DNA from: Octopus vulgaris
Taxonomy: Eukaryota
Reading direction: 5' to 3'
Length of the DNA: 64,000 nucleotides
NCBI GenBank assembly: GCA_951406725.2
Contig: OX597824.1
Coordinates: forward strand, 5,394,001 to 5,458,000
Part shown: positions 1-13,230 of the stretch, in pieces
Position numbering within the stretch: position 1 is the stretch's first letter
Layout of the letters: each line of letters opens with the position of its first letter
Notes under the pieces: generated by a model
The model's input: only the letters and a program-made list of their open reading frames with translations
Databases searched by the model: none
Told to the model about the DNA's origin: nothing
Translations under genes and position numbers: made by a program

Positions 1-293
1 AAATATTTCTAATTAAAGATTCTCCATCGACTGTAGTTTTCTTTCGAAGGAATTACAGAATTAGATTCAATATACTATTATGTGGAATTTTGTGAAAACC
101 TTGATCAATACCCAGACCCATTGTTCTAAATAGATGTAAATAAAATTCGATAAAGCAATCTCAGAACAGTCACGTTTTAATGATAAACCATCAGATAACA
201 TTGGTGAAGACATTAAGTGATTCTGGTTTCATTTTCTCACAGAAATACAATTACGAATTCGGAGAGATTCAAAACATAATACAGTATATATCA

Positions 294-340
<47 letters not shown>

Positions 341-1609
341 GAGAAAGCGAGAAAATACATAGCATAATATAGTATAACACGATATAATATAATACAAATA
401 TACACACACATACACACACACATTCACATACATATAGAAGCATACGTGTGTGTGTGCATGGGCATTGGTAAAAGGTTGTGCTGAAAAACGAAGAAAAAGC
501 ACTTAAATATAATACTTGTAGAACCGTAATGTTTTGCTTGCCGTTTCACTTGACCAGTTATTCTTACAGAGGAAATTGAGAAGCAGCGCGACCATACGTC
601 GGCGAAAATATTCGTAAACACATCGAAATATGATTAACCAACTAGATTTGATTTCATGCCGAAGAGCTTTTAGAAAATGCTTTACATATTCACGTGTTCA
701 ATTATTAAACACAGACCACTTGATAACAAGAGTTGGAATAGATTTTTCTCTCAACTCACGGAATGAGAAAACCTGTTATATAACAGCAATTTACTTTTCT
801 ATAGTAACTTCTATGGTTTATTTTCTATCTCCTTCAGTAATTGGACTGTGGCCATGCTGGGCTCCATGTAGAACCATTTAATCAAACAGAGGAGCTCCAG
901 AACGTATTTTTCGATGCAAGATGTCGTTGAGAACTGTTTCTCAAGTACATTGGATGTATATTACGTAATATTATCAAATGTCACTATTTATTTTCTCTTC
1001 ATGTTCCATGACAACTTCTTAGTTGAATACAAACTGTCGCAGGAGAGAGTGCAAAAATCGGTCTAGCTAAAAAAAAAAAAACTGTAAAAAATGGGAGTGT
1101 ATACTGGAATTGGTAATGGTAAAAAACACTAGCTTTACTTTCTGATTACTTTAGCGATACACATAGGGATATGGTTTCATATCGTTATCAGCATGCACAC
1201 AATTTTAGTAACGACTAAAGTAGATTATAAACTTATAACTGTGTATGTGGCGTCGACGTTAGAAGAAGGCTAGACCTATGGAAGTTACCATATTTGTGTA
1301 TGTTTACATCCATATCTAATACTATATACGTTCATCTTAATATCATACGATCGTTTACGTTTTTCGTGACTTAAATCGCAGTCTTTTTTCACAGTTTTGA
1401 TTATTGCAGAAAAACCAGCTTTTGTTGCTTTCGAAATAGAGTTGTGTCGTTCCTGCCATCATATCGGAATTTTCTGTTTAATCTCAATATTGAAGGAGGA
1501 ACTGTATTTGATGCAAATGATTAATAAGTTTATTGATCAATGTATCGAGTCAGCCGTGTTCTCAATACAAGACTCACGTTTATGTTTTAGATTGGCAAAC
1601 TGCGTCTTA

Positions 1610-1669
<60 letters not shown>

Positions 1670-1745
1670 GTGAAAGAACACAGAGTTGATATATATGAAA
1701 ACAAGTAAAAATAGAAATGCTAAAATAATTTTATAGTGAACATTT

Positions 1746-1778
1746 CAGTACCGGTTTCGGTATAGACCTTTTCAACTG
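1746..1778 (-). ncRNA. Minimal hammerhead ribozyme motif (U3-A8 core variant)
   Basis: Minus strand reads CAG TTGAAAA GGT-CTAT-ACC GAAA CCGG TA CTG: stem I CAG/CTG, stem II GGT/ACC, palindromic stem III ACCGGT. Confidence 0.75.
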
Positions 1779-2607
1779 TAACGATTAAATAATTAAATTT
1801 AGAAAAATTAAAGAAAGTTTTTAAAAGAATATTTCTATAGTAGTGTTCAGATTTAAGTGGCATTCTGCCTTTCTGACCCTTGTTTGCACTTGTGTGTTCG
1901 AGGTAGTTGTGAGTTCTTGGTAGGGTAGTAGGGGAAGGCTGGTGAGGAAGGGGTGGGAGAATCTGGAGTGCCTGATGGTCGTATTTTGAATGGTCAGTGG
2001 CGGCTGGCAGTCTCAGTTCAATTCAGGATTGTTTATAGAATAGCGTAGGTGTTATACTAAAAAACATGTGATTAAGGGGTAGGGGTGAGAAGAAGAAGAA
2101 GAAGAAGAAGAAGAAGAAGAAGAAGAAGAAGAGAAGGAGAAGATGATGGTGATGGTGGTGATGATTATGACGACGATGATGATGATAACGATGAGGATGA
2201 AGAAGAAGAAGAAGAAGAAGAAGAAGAAGAAGAAGAAGAAGAAGGAGAAGAAGAAGAAGAAGAAGAAGAAGAAGAAGAAGGAGGAGAAGGAGAAGATGGT
2301 GGTGATGATGATGACGCCGATGATGATGATAACGATGATGATGAAGAAGAAGAAGAAGAAAAACAGAGAAGGAGAATATGAATGGGTGTAAATATAGCTA
2401 TGAAGGGCTGATTAGTAATGGATTCTATAGTGTAGTATTTGTGTGTTATATATTTTTTCTTTATTCTAAAGTTGAGGTATATTAATTGTTTGTCGTAGAC
2501 CCGTTAGAAGTGGCTTGTATTTTGTAATAAAGAGATTTTCTTTACTTATTCTTTGTCTCGAGGTTGTATCGTCCCAAATTGGTAGAGGGAAAATTCTGAA
2601 GTTTGGT

Positions 2608-3815
2608 ATGCTCAATCACCTACCGAATACTATAAACAAAAACACCATACTGGTATCCTTCGATGTAGTCAACCTCTACTCCAATATCCCCCACAACTAG
2701 GACCATCTGAAAATAACCGCCTTCAATGACAACTTCTACCGACAAATCGGGGACTGCGATGGTACACGAATGGCCCCTCCTTTGCCAACCTAGTCATAGG
2801 ATACCTAGAATCAGTCTGTATCGTAAGGTTCTAGAAGATATGGCAGCCTTTCTCCATCACAGAAAACAACTGGAAGAGATATCTAGATGACTGTTTCATC
2901 CTTTGGCATAAAAATATAGAAAACTCATAGAATTCCAGAAAATTTAAACGGACTGGACGTAAACATCAATTCACGATGGATATAGCCAACAACAACTCCC
3001 TCCGATATCCTCATTAAAGCTAATAATATAATAGAAACAGACATATACTATATACAGACCTATATATTCAATTCATGCCACCCCAGACACCAGGATGATA
3101 TATCTAGCAAAAGATATATATAGTCTCTAACAAACACCAGGCACACGACTACAAGAACTAAAGATACCTAATCACCAGGAACTATCCACCTTCACTTATT
3201 GACAAGTGCATTCAACGTGCCCTTCAACTTAACATCAAGGAACTGAGACATCCCAAATAAAGAAAAACTTACAACCAAAACACCATCATCACACCTCTAT
3301 AACGAAGCCTTCAACCATCCTCCACAACATACCCCTCTAAAAGACCACAGAATGAACACAATCCTCCAAACACGATCATAAAAAGCAAAGACAGCCTAGA
3401 TCCATGAAAAGTCTCCTTCCGCCAATTCTCTTCAACACGAAGACAGTAAAAAAATGTGAAGACCCAATTGGGATATCGACATTAATCGAGGGTTCTGAGT
3501 TCTCTCAAACAGGGACAACGGTTTACAGTGAAAACACTTCACATGTGCCTCGAGAACCTAATATACTCACTAACCTGCTCCGGGTGTAAGAGCAGTACAT
3601 AGGCCAAACAAAATGGTTTGCGTAACGAATGGCCTGCACAGATCAGAAAAATTCCCCAAAACAAATAGCTTTTAGCCAACACATAGATACTTGCGCCAAC
3701 AAAAAAACACCAAACTTCAGAATTTTCCCCTCTACCAATTTAGGACGATACAACCTCGAGACAAAGAATAAGTAAAGAAATCTCTTTATTACAAAATACA
3801 AGCCACTTCTTAACG
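2608..3815 (+). pseudogene. PLE reverse transcriptase plus GIY-YIG endonuclease, frameshifted
   Basis: Motifs in order: ILVSFDVVNLYSNIP (2647-2691); FNDNFYRQ..GTRMAP..ANL; WKRYLDDCFILW (2871-2906); ETDIYY..NSCHPRH; KKCEDP; FTCAS/NLIYSLTCSGC/EQYIGQT (3538-3610); RISKE..FITKYKPLL. Many 1-2 bp indels. Confidence 0.9.
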
Positions 3816-4522
3816 GGTCTACGACAAACAATTAATATACCTCAACTTTAGAATAAAAGAAAAAATATATATACACACACAAATACTACACTCCATAGAA
3901 TCCATTACTAATCAGCCCCTTCATAGCTATATTTACACCCATTCATATTCTCCCTTCTGTTTTTCTTCTTCTTCTTCATCATCATCGTTATCATCATCAT
4001 CGGCGTCATCATCATCACCACCATCTTCTCCTTCTCCTCTTCTTCTTCTTCTTCTTCTTCTTCTTCTTCTTCTTCTTCTTCTTCTTCTTCTTCTTCTTCT
4101 TCTTCTTCTTCTTCTTCATCCTCATCGTTATCATCATCATCGTCGTCATAATCATCACCACCATCACCATCATCTTCCTTCTCCTTCTTCTTCTTCTTCT
4201 TCTTCTTCTTCTTCTTCTTCTTCTCCACCCTACCCTTAAGTTTGTCACAATGTTTTTTAGTATAACACCTACGCTAATTCTATAAAATCCTGAATTGAAC
4301 TGAGACTGCCAGCCGCCACTGACCATTCAAAATACGACCATCAGGGCACTCCCAGATTCTCCACCCCCTTTCTCACCTTCTCTACTACCTCAAGAACTCA
4401 CAACTACCTCAAACACAAGTGCAAACAAGGAGTCAGAGAAAGGCAGAATCCACTTAAACTGAACACTACTATAGAAATATTCTTTAAACTTTTCTAATTT
4501 TTCTAAATTTAATTATTTAATC

Positions 4523-4559
4523 TTAGTTGAAAAGGTCTCAATGACGAAACCGGTACTAA
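4523..4559 (+). ncRNA. Minimal hammerhead ribozyme motif (U3-A8 variant), partner of 1746-1778
   Basis: TTAG TTGAAAA G GTC-TCAAT-GAC GAAA CCGG TA CTAA. Confidence 0.75.
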
Positions 4560-4603
4560 ATGTTCACTATAAAATTATTTTGATTTTCTATTTTTACTTG
4601 TTT

Positions 4604-4692
<89 letters not shown>

Positions 4693-4912
4693 TATACATA
4701 TATATGTATATATCAATATATATAAATATATATATACATAAATATATACATGCATATATATATATGTATGTATATATATATGTATGTGTGTGCATGTACG
4801 TGCTTGTGTCTGTCTGTATATATGTGTGTGTATGTGTCTGTGTGTATGAGTGTGTGTGTCTATGTGTGTATGTGTGTGTATGTGTTTGTGTGAGTATGTG
4901 TGTGTGTGTGTG

Positions 4913-5105
4913 TGTGGTTAGGGTGTTGTACGCGCGTTCACTAAATCCAGGGTTCGATTCTCGGACCAGTCAGTGCGTTGTATTCTTGAGCAAAACATTT
5001 ACCATTTTGTTCCAGTTCCCTCAAATGTAAACGGGGTGGATCCGCGATGGCACAGCTTTCCGATCAGAGGGAATGGAGTTCTGCTCACCGAGCAACTGAG
5101 GAGGC
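4913..5105 (+). mobile_element. Diverged tRNA-derived SINE (family 1, CORE-like)
   Basis: GTGGTTAGGG A-box remnant, GGTTCGATTC B box, then GCGTTGTATTCTTGAGCAAAACA, shared with other family 1 copies. Confidence 0.6.
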
Positions 5106-6070
5106 ATCATTTGAAAGCGAAAACAAAGCGAAGTATATTCTGACAGGCGATGTAACACAATATGCAATGATGTGGTCGATACCAGTATACCATGGTATTT
5201 AATATATATATATATATATATATAAATATATATGATTTTGCTGAAATCATGTGACTTCGAAATTCTTCCGTCGTTTTTGGATCTTTTTTATTTGCTAGTG
5301 ATTCCCGTATACATCTTAACACACTATGATGCATTCTCAAGGCAAATAGTGCTGCTTTCTTCAAGTATATCCACGTTGAAGGAAATATACAGATTGCTTT
5401 TCGGTTCTAATACATCTTCGGTCGCCCATAACAAATGCACTCACACACTTACACACACACATACACACACACACACACCTGTATATGCATCTAAACTAAT
5501 CCAAGAACAACAAATCTAACTAGTAGATTAATGTGTGCGTATATATGTTTGTCTATGTTTGTGCGCGGCAGTGACACGAGTCAAAAAGTGTCTCTTTTTT
5601 TACCTGCAAGTTTCCAATATAAATAAGAATTTTATAAGACCTATCTTCAAGGAAAACGACTGTTTGAACACAACAATGCCGTATTTTGAAAAGTATCCGG
5701 TGAAATATTATAGTTTACAGTCCTTTCTGATGTCGGGCGAATATATTGCCATAAATATGCAAATGACCTGTGCGATTGAGATAGTAAATCTCTCCTCACT
5801 CTGAATGTTCGTCGTTAAATTCTGAAAATATAAAAACAAATGTTAAGGTGCTGATCTATGCGATAATAGAGCAACGGTGTGAACACAATCACCAAAGTTT
5901 GCATTTCATAAAATTGCATGCAATTGCTTCTACTGAAATCTGATACTCTGGGAACGTTGCTGTCCATATAAATGGCTGTATATAATGTACGTATGTGTGT
6001 TCCCATTATCTCTGAATATTATGTTTGAATGTTTGTATGTATGTACGTATGTATATGTATGTATATATAT

Positions 6071-6377
6071 GGAAAGTGGTTAACGCATTCGAATCACGAT
6101 TGTAAGGTTGTGAGTTCAATTCCCGGCGATGCGTTGTGTCTTTGAGCAAGACATTTTATTCCATGTTGCTCCAGTCCATTCAGCTGGCAAAGATGAGCAG
6201 TACCTGTTTTAAAGGGTCAGCCTTGTCACACTCTGTGTCTGAATCTCCCTGAGAACTACATTAAGGGTACACGTGTCTGTGGAGTGCTCAACCACTTGCA
6301 CGTTAATTTCACAAGCAAGCTGTTCCGTTGATCGTATCAGCTGGGACCCTCGTCGTTGCAACCGATGGAGTGCTCCT
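6071..6377 (+). mobile_element. Diverged tRNA-derived SINE (family 1)
   Basis: GAGTTCAATTCC B box and GTTGTGTCTTTGAGCAAGAC core; tail matches 37520-37690. Confidence 0.8.
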
Positions 6378-6386
6378 TTACGTATG

Positions 6387-6461
<75 letters not shown>

Positions 6462-6466
<5 letters not shown>

Positions 6467-6612
6467 GAATTTGCAAAAAAAAAAGAAAACCAAAAGACGA
6501 AGACGGGTGTGCAAACAAACAGATGTATTAGTTGAACGCTCAGGAAGTGAGGATGTCATTTACGTTTCGAGCCTAAGCTCTTCGACAGAAAGGAACGCAG
6601 AAATAAACAGGG

Positions 6613-6615
<3 letters not shown>
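6462..6615 (-). mobile_element. Solo ~150 bp HHR module (family A) inside (TA)n
   Basis: Minus strand 6558-6591 reads TTT CTGTCGA A GAGC-TTAG-GCTC GAAA CG TA AAT. Homologous to 8930-9060, 29935-30115, 46553-46750 and 55600-55745. (TA)n on both sides. Confidence 0.8.
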
Positions 6616-6700
<85 letters not shown>

Positions 6701-6703
<3 letters not shown>

Positions 6704-7155
6704 TGAGAAGGTTGGCGTGTGAAAGCACGTGGTTGAATATATAGAAAATAGTAAAAAGTGAAAAAAAACTACTATCGGAACACAAATTAGATTAAACAAG
6801 GAAACATTCTTCATTGAAAAATACAAGCCCAAACTTAACCATTCCAACATTCTTATACAGAGAAACTCACTCCATAAGAAAGGCAAGAAATATTAAGCGA
6901 TTATCTCCCTTACACCGGAAGAAATCACTTATTACCTCCCCTTATCTGGAACTCTCTTTCACTCATCTTCACACCTCTCAACGTAAACATAACGATGTAA
7001 GAAATTCGAAAAGCTGAACGCGAAACCGGTCTTTCTTCAAAAATTATGTCATTGTATGAAAAAAATTTATAACATTCTTCAGACATAGTAACTCAAATAT
7101 ATATTTTTTAACCTTCTAAAACAATCCTTCTGTAGTTTTTTCACTTTTTACTATT

Positions 7156-7166
<11 letters not shown>
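6701..7166 (+). mobile_element. 3' end of a second PLE with short inverted terminal copy, inside (TA)n
   Basis: 6738-6772 is the reverse complement of 7133-7166. 6778-6840 encodes GTQIRLNKETFFIEKYKPKLN (GIY-YIG C-terminus, like 3760-3812). HHR-like AAGAAA TTCGAAAA GC-TGAAC-GC GAAA CCGG TC TTTCTT at 6999-7037. Confidence 0.8.
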
Positions 7167-7210
<44 letters not shown>

Positions 7211-7577
7211 TATACGCACGTGTGTGTCTGTGCATGTGTCTGTGTCTGTGTGTGATGAATATGAGCGCTGACGGCGAATAAAACTGCATGAAATATAACG
7301 AAAGATAAATTCTTGATATATGAACAGTATCTTTCCACGCGAGAGAAAAATAAACAAATACGTTGAAGCAAGAATCACCAATTCTTAGAAAATGACTGAG
7401 GCTACTGAATCGAAAAGAGTCGGATTGTCTGCAGATTATATCACAGCTAAGGACACATGTTTCTGCCTCAACAGAACGTGTGTCATCAGTATGCTTTCCG
7501 TGGACAACATAATTAAACATATCGAAAAAAAAATCTGGAAACATTTAAGGCTTGGGTAAATTTGAACAATTTTACCA

Positions 7578-7755
7578 ATGCTTAGCGATATTTCGTCTGC
7601 CGCTACGTTTTGAGTTCAAATTCCGCCGAGGTCGACTTTGTCTTTCATCTTTTCGGGATCGATAAATTAAGTACTAGTTGCGTACTGGGGGTCGATCTAA
7701 TCGACTGGCCCTATCCACCAAAATATCGGGCCTTGTGCTTAGAGTAGAAACGAAT
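7578..7755 (+). mobile_element. tRNA-derived SINE family 3, partial
   Basis: GAGTTCAAATTCCGCCGAGGTCGACTTTG..GATAAATTAAGTAC, shared with 26917-27147. Confidence 0.85.
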
Positions 7756-8279
7756 AATGACAAGGAAACTAACATAGATCCTGTTGAGGTGCTGTGTAGC
7801 TATTCATGTTGTTTCCATCAATCGTCTCGGATACGAATCGTCCTAACAAAATCGGTGTTGGGTCTAATAGCACTGCTAACACAGTAGAATACGGCATTGG
7901 CTTATAAAAACGCTTAACGTACTTTGTAGTATATCATGGTTGCATTACGAAATACCGTGTCCTTACAGGTCTTTAATATTTATATGACAGCTTCCATGAA
8001 TGTGTTTAATGTATAAAATTGGTATAACCAATAATCTTACACTGCTATATTCTGTGGTTATTTAAGCAATGAGTTCGTGGATGATCAATGGGTTGGATGG
8101 GTGTTGATACTCCCGAAATGTGCCCTGTAAGTCCATTGCCCAATTTTATATCTTCGATCGCATTGTTGCTTAATTCAGGCGGATCGGATATGAGATGTGA
8201 CGAAATCAATACTGGTTATGATATCTGTTATAGATAATATCTAAATAAAATCCGAAGAGATAACCTTAACAAGAGATAT

Positions 8280-8374
<95 letters not shown>

Positions 8375-8648
8375 GAGATATATATAAATCTCAATAATCA
8401 GAAGATGAGAAGACTTTTGATTAACAATCAAACAAATTGAACCAAATCGATTGCTTGTTGATCAAAAGTTTTCTCCATTTTCTGATTATTGAAATTTGAT
8501 TCCTGATAAACTTTTGTTTATTCTGTTGTTACCTGTACCCTGTGAGCATAGTGTGCCTGCATACCCATACCCAGGGATAGCCCAGGGGTAACACGGATAC
8601 TATTATCCCTTAGTCGGTTGCTGCAACATCTAATTCTGCTTACCTTTG

Positions 8649-8709
<61 letters not shown>

Positions 8710-8866
8710 CAGGTCGGAGCAATCTCAAGATTAATCAGCCGAAATTGCGAGGATGATCCGGTTCTTGACTGAAGATTAGAGGCTTCGAATGATCCGTCCG
8801 TTTTTTTGTATCGTCTATTTGAATGTTTTGCGTTCTTGTCCCATTTTGTATTTTTATATATATTTT

Positions 8867-8907
<41 letters not shown>

Positions 8908-8929
8908 ATACACACACATATATATATAT

Positions 8930-10110
8930 AGTTGGAATTTACAAAAAAAAAACCCCAAAAAACAAAAGACGAAGATGGGTGTGTAAACAATAAACAAAAG
9001 TCTTTTACGTTTCGAGCCTACGCTCTTCAGCAAAAAGGAACACAGAAATAAGCAGAGAGAGAAAATACAAAAAGGTTTAGTGGCTAGCGATCAATCATGG
9101 CAAATGCCGGCCAGAGGTGGTCAGACAGGAGAGCTAGGAAGAAGGAGAGATAAAAAAATAGTGGCGGTTATTCCAAAATGAAGGTTCCGCGTGCGTGTGT
9201 ATGTGAGAGCATGCATATGCGCGTTGACAGGGGCTGGTAGCCTTCACGTGTTCATGTGTCCATGTGTAGTGTGTGGATGATGGTGTGGGTGCTGGGAAGT
9301 GGTGAGTGCTAGTGTGTTCGGGGTGGTGTGTGCTGTGTGCTGTGGCGGTGGAAGGTTGTGGGGGGAAGCGAGGGTTGGGAAGCAAGGGTGGGGTAGTTGT
9401 GAAGGTGGGGGTATGTGTGGGTATGTGGGAGTGGGGTGTGAAGGTGAGAGTGGAATGGGATGTATAGAGAAGGTGGAGTGGGAATGTGTAGGGGTGGGGG
9501 TAACGATGGAAGGGTGACGAAAGAAATTATACATGTGTGTGTCATGTTTCTATGTGTGTATTTACTTCCCTGTGCCTGTGTGTGTGTCATTGTGTGTGTG
9601 CGTGCAACTCCGTATACCGAAGTAACCACTTGTGCGCGTGCACACATACACACAAACACACACACACACAGTCATATACACACTCATAAACACGGACAGT
9701 GACACATATCAAAGGAACGATGGCCGCTATTATCTGGTAGGAATTTCGCAAGTAGCAAAGAGGTTGATCATCGTGTGAACTCGGTACCTGTACAGGTTTC
9801 CTTTGACTTGGCGAAATTTGTGAGGAATGAGGAAATAAAAATGTGTAGCGTAATGTTCACTCTTTTGCGAAAGACATTATTGATGTAAGGGCGATAAAAA
9901 GGGAGTAATGGACTTAACAGGCATTAAAATGTCTTTAAAAATCTCCAGGAATACCGAGGTTAGAATAGACGGATGAACACCAAGTACTGGTTTTCGATGC
10001 TAACACGTATAATTCGATGCTTCCAGGCAGTCAAGGTAGGATTTTTTTGCTATTTTAAAAACGTATTTCAGGCTGTGCTAATGTGGTAACGTCTTGATGT
10101 ACGGTCGTAA
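8930..10110 (-). mobile_element. Decayed PLE 3' portion ending in a family A HHR
   Basis: Minus strand about 9850-10070 gives VFKIAKKSYLDCLEASNY..WCSSVYSNLG..RHF, resembling the PLE thumb/linker (F..A...Y..AL..SGY, WFNPPYS). It is followed by a CA-rich UTR and an HHR motif at 9003-9036. Confidence 0.55.
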
Positions 10111-10380
10111 CTTCAAAGTTTTATGTTTTCCGAAAATCTAAAAATCTCAGAACAGAATTATTTATTCGAGCAGCGCAAATAAAAAGTAGAAGGAAAGATT
10201 CCAGTCAATAAACAATGAGTAGTAGGTCGTCCAATAGCTTAAATTATATGATTTATACAACTGTGAAAGCATGTATACATATACGACATACACACACAAA
10301 CACACAATCGCGGGCACACACACACATTGAAAACCATACAATTCTCGCTTGTAAGAATAATTCTTCATGGAATCTTTTTA

Positions 10381-10541
10381 GACTGCGGCCATCGACCCCA
10401 GGACTTATTCTTTGTAATCCTGGTACTTATTCTATCGGTCTCTTTTGCCGAACCGTTAAGTTACAGGAACGTAAACACACCAGCATCGGTTGTCAAGCGA
10501 TGTTGGCAGGGGGGTGGACAAAAACAGGCTCACAAACATGT

Positions 10542-10574
<33 letters not shown>

Positions 10575-10712
10575 TACATATATATTTATATATATACGAC
10601 GGGCTTCTTTCAGTTTCCGTCTACCAAATCCACACAATGCTTTGGTCGACTCGAGGCTATAGTAGAAACTCTTGGTAAGCAAGCTACGTACCGCACAGCC
10701 ACTCCAGTGCCT
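10381..10712 (-). mobile_element. tRNA-derived SINE family 2, internally deleted
   Basis: Homologous to 45298-45724. Confidence 0.85.
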
Positions 10713-10859
10713 ATGAAAAATATTGTGAAAAATATGGAAGTGTTTCTTTGTTATAATTCTAGGATGGTAAGTTTACAGGATATTGGAGGAACTAACGCAG
10801 AGATATCATCTGTTCTGAACAATGAACAGTATGGGTTTTTGTTCTTTTTAAATTGCGTG

Positions 10860-11145
10860 AAGACTCAACAGGTTCGAGGGATAGTTCTGATGAACCGACG
10901 AGTGGCCATGGATGAGGTGGCATGTCCATGGTTCTGCATACGAACTAATCCACGATAAGCTTCGCTTCTGTAAGGTCTGTGAAAGATGGGGATCAAGAGA
11001 GCTTGCCGATGCAAATAAGCACAGTGGTGTGGAGATCAATCTACGCGTACTCAACTGCTAAATTGACGAAAGCAAAGCTTTGTTGGAAAGAATAGTTTCA
11101 GAAGATAAGACTTGGGTCTATCACTTTGAGCCAAAATCCAAAAGG
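10860..11145 (+). pseudogene. Mariner transposase fragment
   Basis: NRRVAMDEVA / SHGSAYELIHDKLRFCKVCERW..REL / LERIVSEDKTWVYHFEPKSKR, i.e. decayed WVPR and TGDETW motifs; stop and frameshift present. Confidence 0.8.
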
Positions 11146-11451
11146 GTTTTGTTTCTGTTTTCTTCTTCGTTTTCCAGTTTTTCAACCTTCCTCCTTTTAT
11201 ATCTACTTCTTTCTTACCTTTTCTGCTTTTTTTTTTCTCTCATCCCATCGCTCTAATTTTAGCTTGTTATGCCTGAAGATTGCACGAAGATACCAGGCGT
11301 GTTAAAAATTGTTGTCCGAGATGCTTTCATCGCATGAAATTAATAGTAGCCTATAAAAACATATTTTATATTTATCAAATAATACATACGTGTGTGGTGT
11401 GTATGTGTGTGTATGGATATATGTGTATATATACATATATGTATGTATGTG

Positions 11452-11484
<33 letters not shown>

Positions 11485-12174
11485 AGATACAGAGAGAGAG
11501 AGAGAGTGTGGGAGCGAAAAAGAGAATAAGAGCGAGAGAGAAAGATTGATATATAGATATGTATATATGTATATTACGCATCTATATTTACATTCAGACG
11601 TGTGTGTGTATGTGTGTGTGAGTGTGTGTGTGTATGTGTTTGCGTGTGTGTATACACACATCATACTCACATATATATGTACACATACAAATACATTTGC
11701 TAAAATACTGCACAATCAATGGCCCAAACTGCAATCTACATTAACATACAGTTAGTCTATTTTGTTCTCTATTTTCTTCCGTCTGACATTACCGAAATTC
11801 ATTTTTGAATTACTAAGATATTTCAGAGTTTTTTTCGATAATATTTGTGCCAATTCTCTCTTGCACCTGCATATTGCTTTGTTATTCGCATTATTAAAAA
11901 GAAGCTAAAATTCCACGTACACCAGTAAATTCAATACTTCCTTATAATGCTTACAATATCAGAGGCAGAATTTTCAATGATTTTGCATAATATGAACATT
12001 TTGTTGAATATAAAATTGCTATGAAAAGTGAAATGTTTGCATGGAAATTAAAGTTTCATTTCCTGTGATAATGAGTTCCTTTGCTTCGTAATATAGTAAT
12101 GGTTTGTGATACACACACCCACGCACGCACACACATACACACACATTCACACATAGACACACACATATGTGAAG

Positions 12175-12345
12175 TTACGTGGCCTACAGCCAAAGATGTT
12201 ACACTCACGATCGCATAATCGTGGTTTCGATTCCCAGACGGGCAGTGCGTTGTGCTGTTGGGCAAAACACTTCATTTGATATTGGTCCAGTCCACTCAGC
12301 TGTAAAAGAATAACCCTGCGACTAACTGGCGTTTCTTTCGGGGAC
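12175..12345 (+). mobile_element. Diverged SINE family 1
   Basis: GGTTTCGATTCCCAGAC plus GTTGTGCTGTTGGGCAAAACAC core. Confidence 0.65.
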
Positions 12346-12349
12346 GGTA

Positions 12350-13230
12350 TTGGCCCGAAAAGTTTCTGACGTTACATTATTCCGCCAAAACAAATGCTGC
12401 ATTGGAAAAATCCTTTGGATGAGAAGTGACGCCAGAATTCCTACGGATACATGAAGATTTCCGCGCTAATTGGACGCGTCAGTACCCGGTTGTAACTTAC
12501 AGAGATGTGTTGAGCACGATCGTCGGATTTTTGACCGAATGCATCGTGTAGACACCATAAACCCACACCGCATCACCAGTTATGATGGTCTTTATGAAGA
12601 GTGGGTCGTGTCTTGCACAGTGCAGCATTTCCTGAGTGATTTCCATGCGTTGTGTTTGCTCTTCCTCCAATACCTCGGAGAAGATCTTCAGTGACATTTT
12701 CTGCATGCAGAAATCCCTCGTTAAAATGGAAAGCGCTAACCTTGTGCTTATTTCCACTTCAAGAGCCATCTTCCGGATTGTTACACGATGGTCTTCCATG
12801 ATATTTGCCGAACTTTCTCATTTGGCTCTTTGATTCTGCGTAGGGATGGACTGCACGAGCGTCCCTCTTTCTCCAACGGGGTGAGGCCATGTTTAAAACG
12901 GTTGTACCACTCCTTGATTTGAATTTTGCTCCAGGTGTCATGGCGAATATCGTGTTGAATCTTCTGGATCGTTTGAGCTTGAATATCACCAAGTTTTTGC
13001 CAGAACTTGATACAATATCTCTGCCCGATCCGTTTGTGAAAACAAAACTTCGACGAGCTCGCACTGCATATCTTTACTCTAGGTGTAAGGGCCGGGAACT
13101 GACACGGTCTACTGGTGCGAAAATCTTCGGAAACGCGCGTGTAGGGTAGAGTCACCTCACACCAAACGGATTTTGCTAACTTTGCATTAGTTGTGGTGGG
13201 AAAAATATATTCGGATATCTTTCGTACGTA
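12350..13230 (-). mobile_element. Internally deleted mariner (Tc1/mariner) element
   Basis: QRYCIKFWQKLG..IKEWYNRFKHG..GRSCSPS (HTH region), then EDHRVTIRKMA..KTIITGDAVWVYG (first catalytic D). The C-terminal catalytic region is absent. Confidence 0.85.

Larger units (their letters stand above)
1668..4610 (+). mobile_element. Penelope-like retroelement (Neptune-like), 5'-truncated, with inverted pseudo-LTR, inserted in (TA)n
   Basis: About 1690-2607 is the reverse complement of about 3708-4610, including the GAA/GAT tracts. RT and GIY-YIG remnants lie between and within the arms. (TA)n on both sides; HHR motif near both outer ends. Confidence 0.9.

Noticed and set aside
2085-2391. Acidic poly-E/D ORF (also 3908-4326 and 63118-63580)
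   Set aside because: Trinucleotide tracts; the first two lie in the PLE 3' UTR arms.
10215-10958. 247 aa ORF as a host gene
   Set aside because: Chance read-through of an antisense SINE into a mariner fragment.
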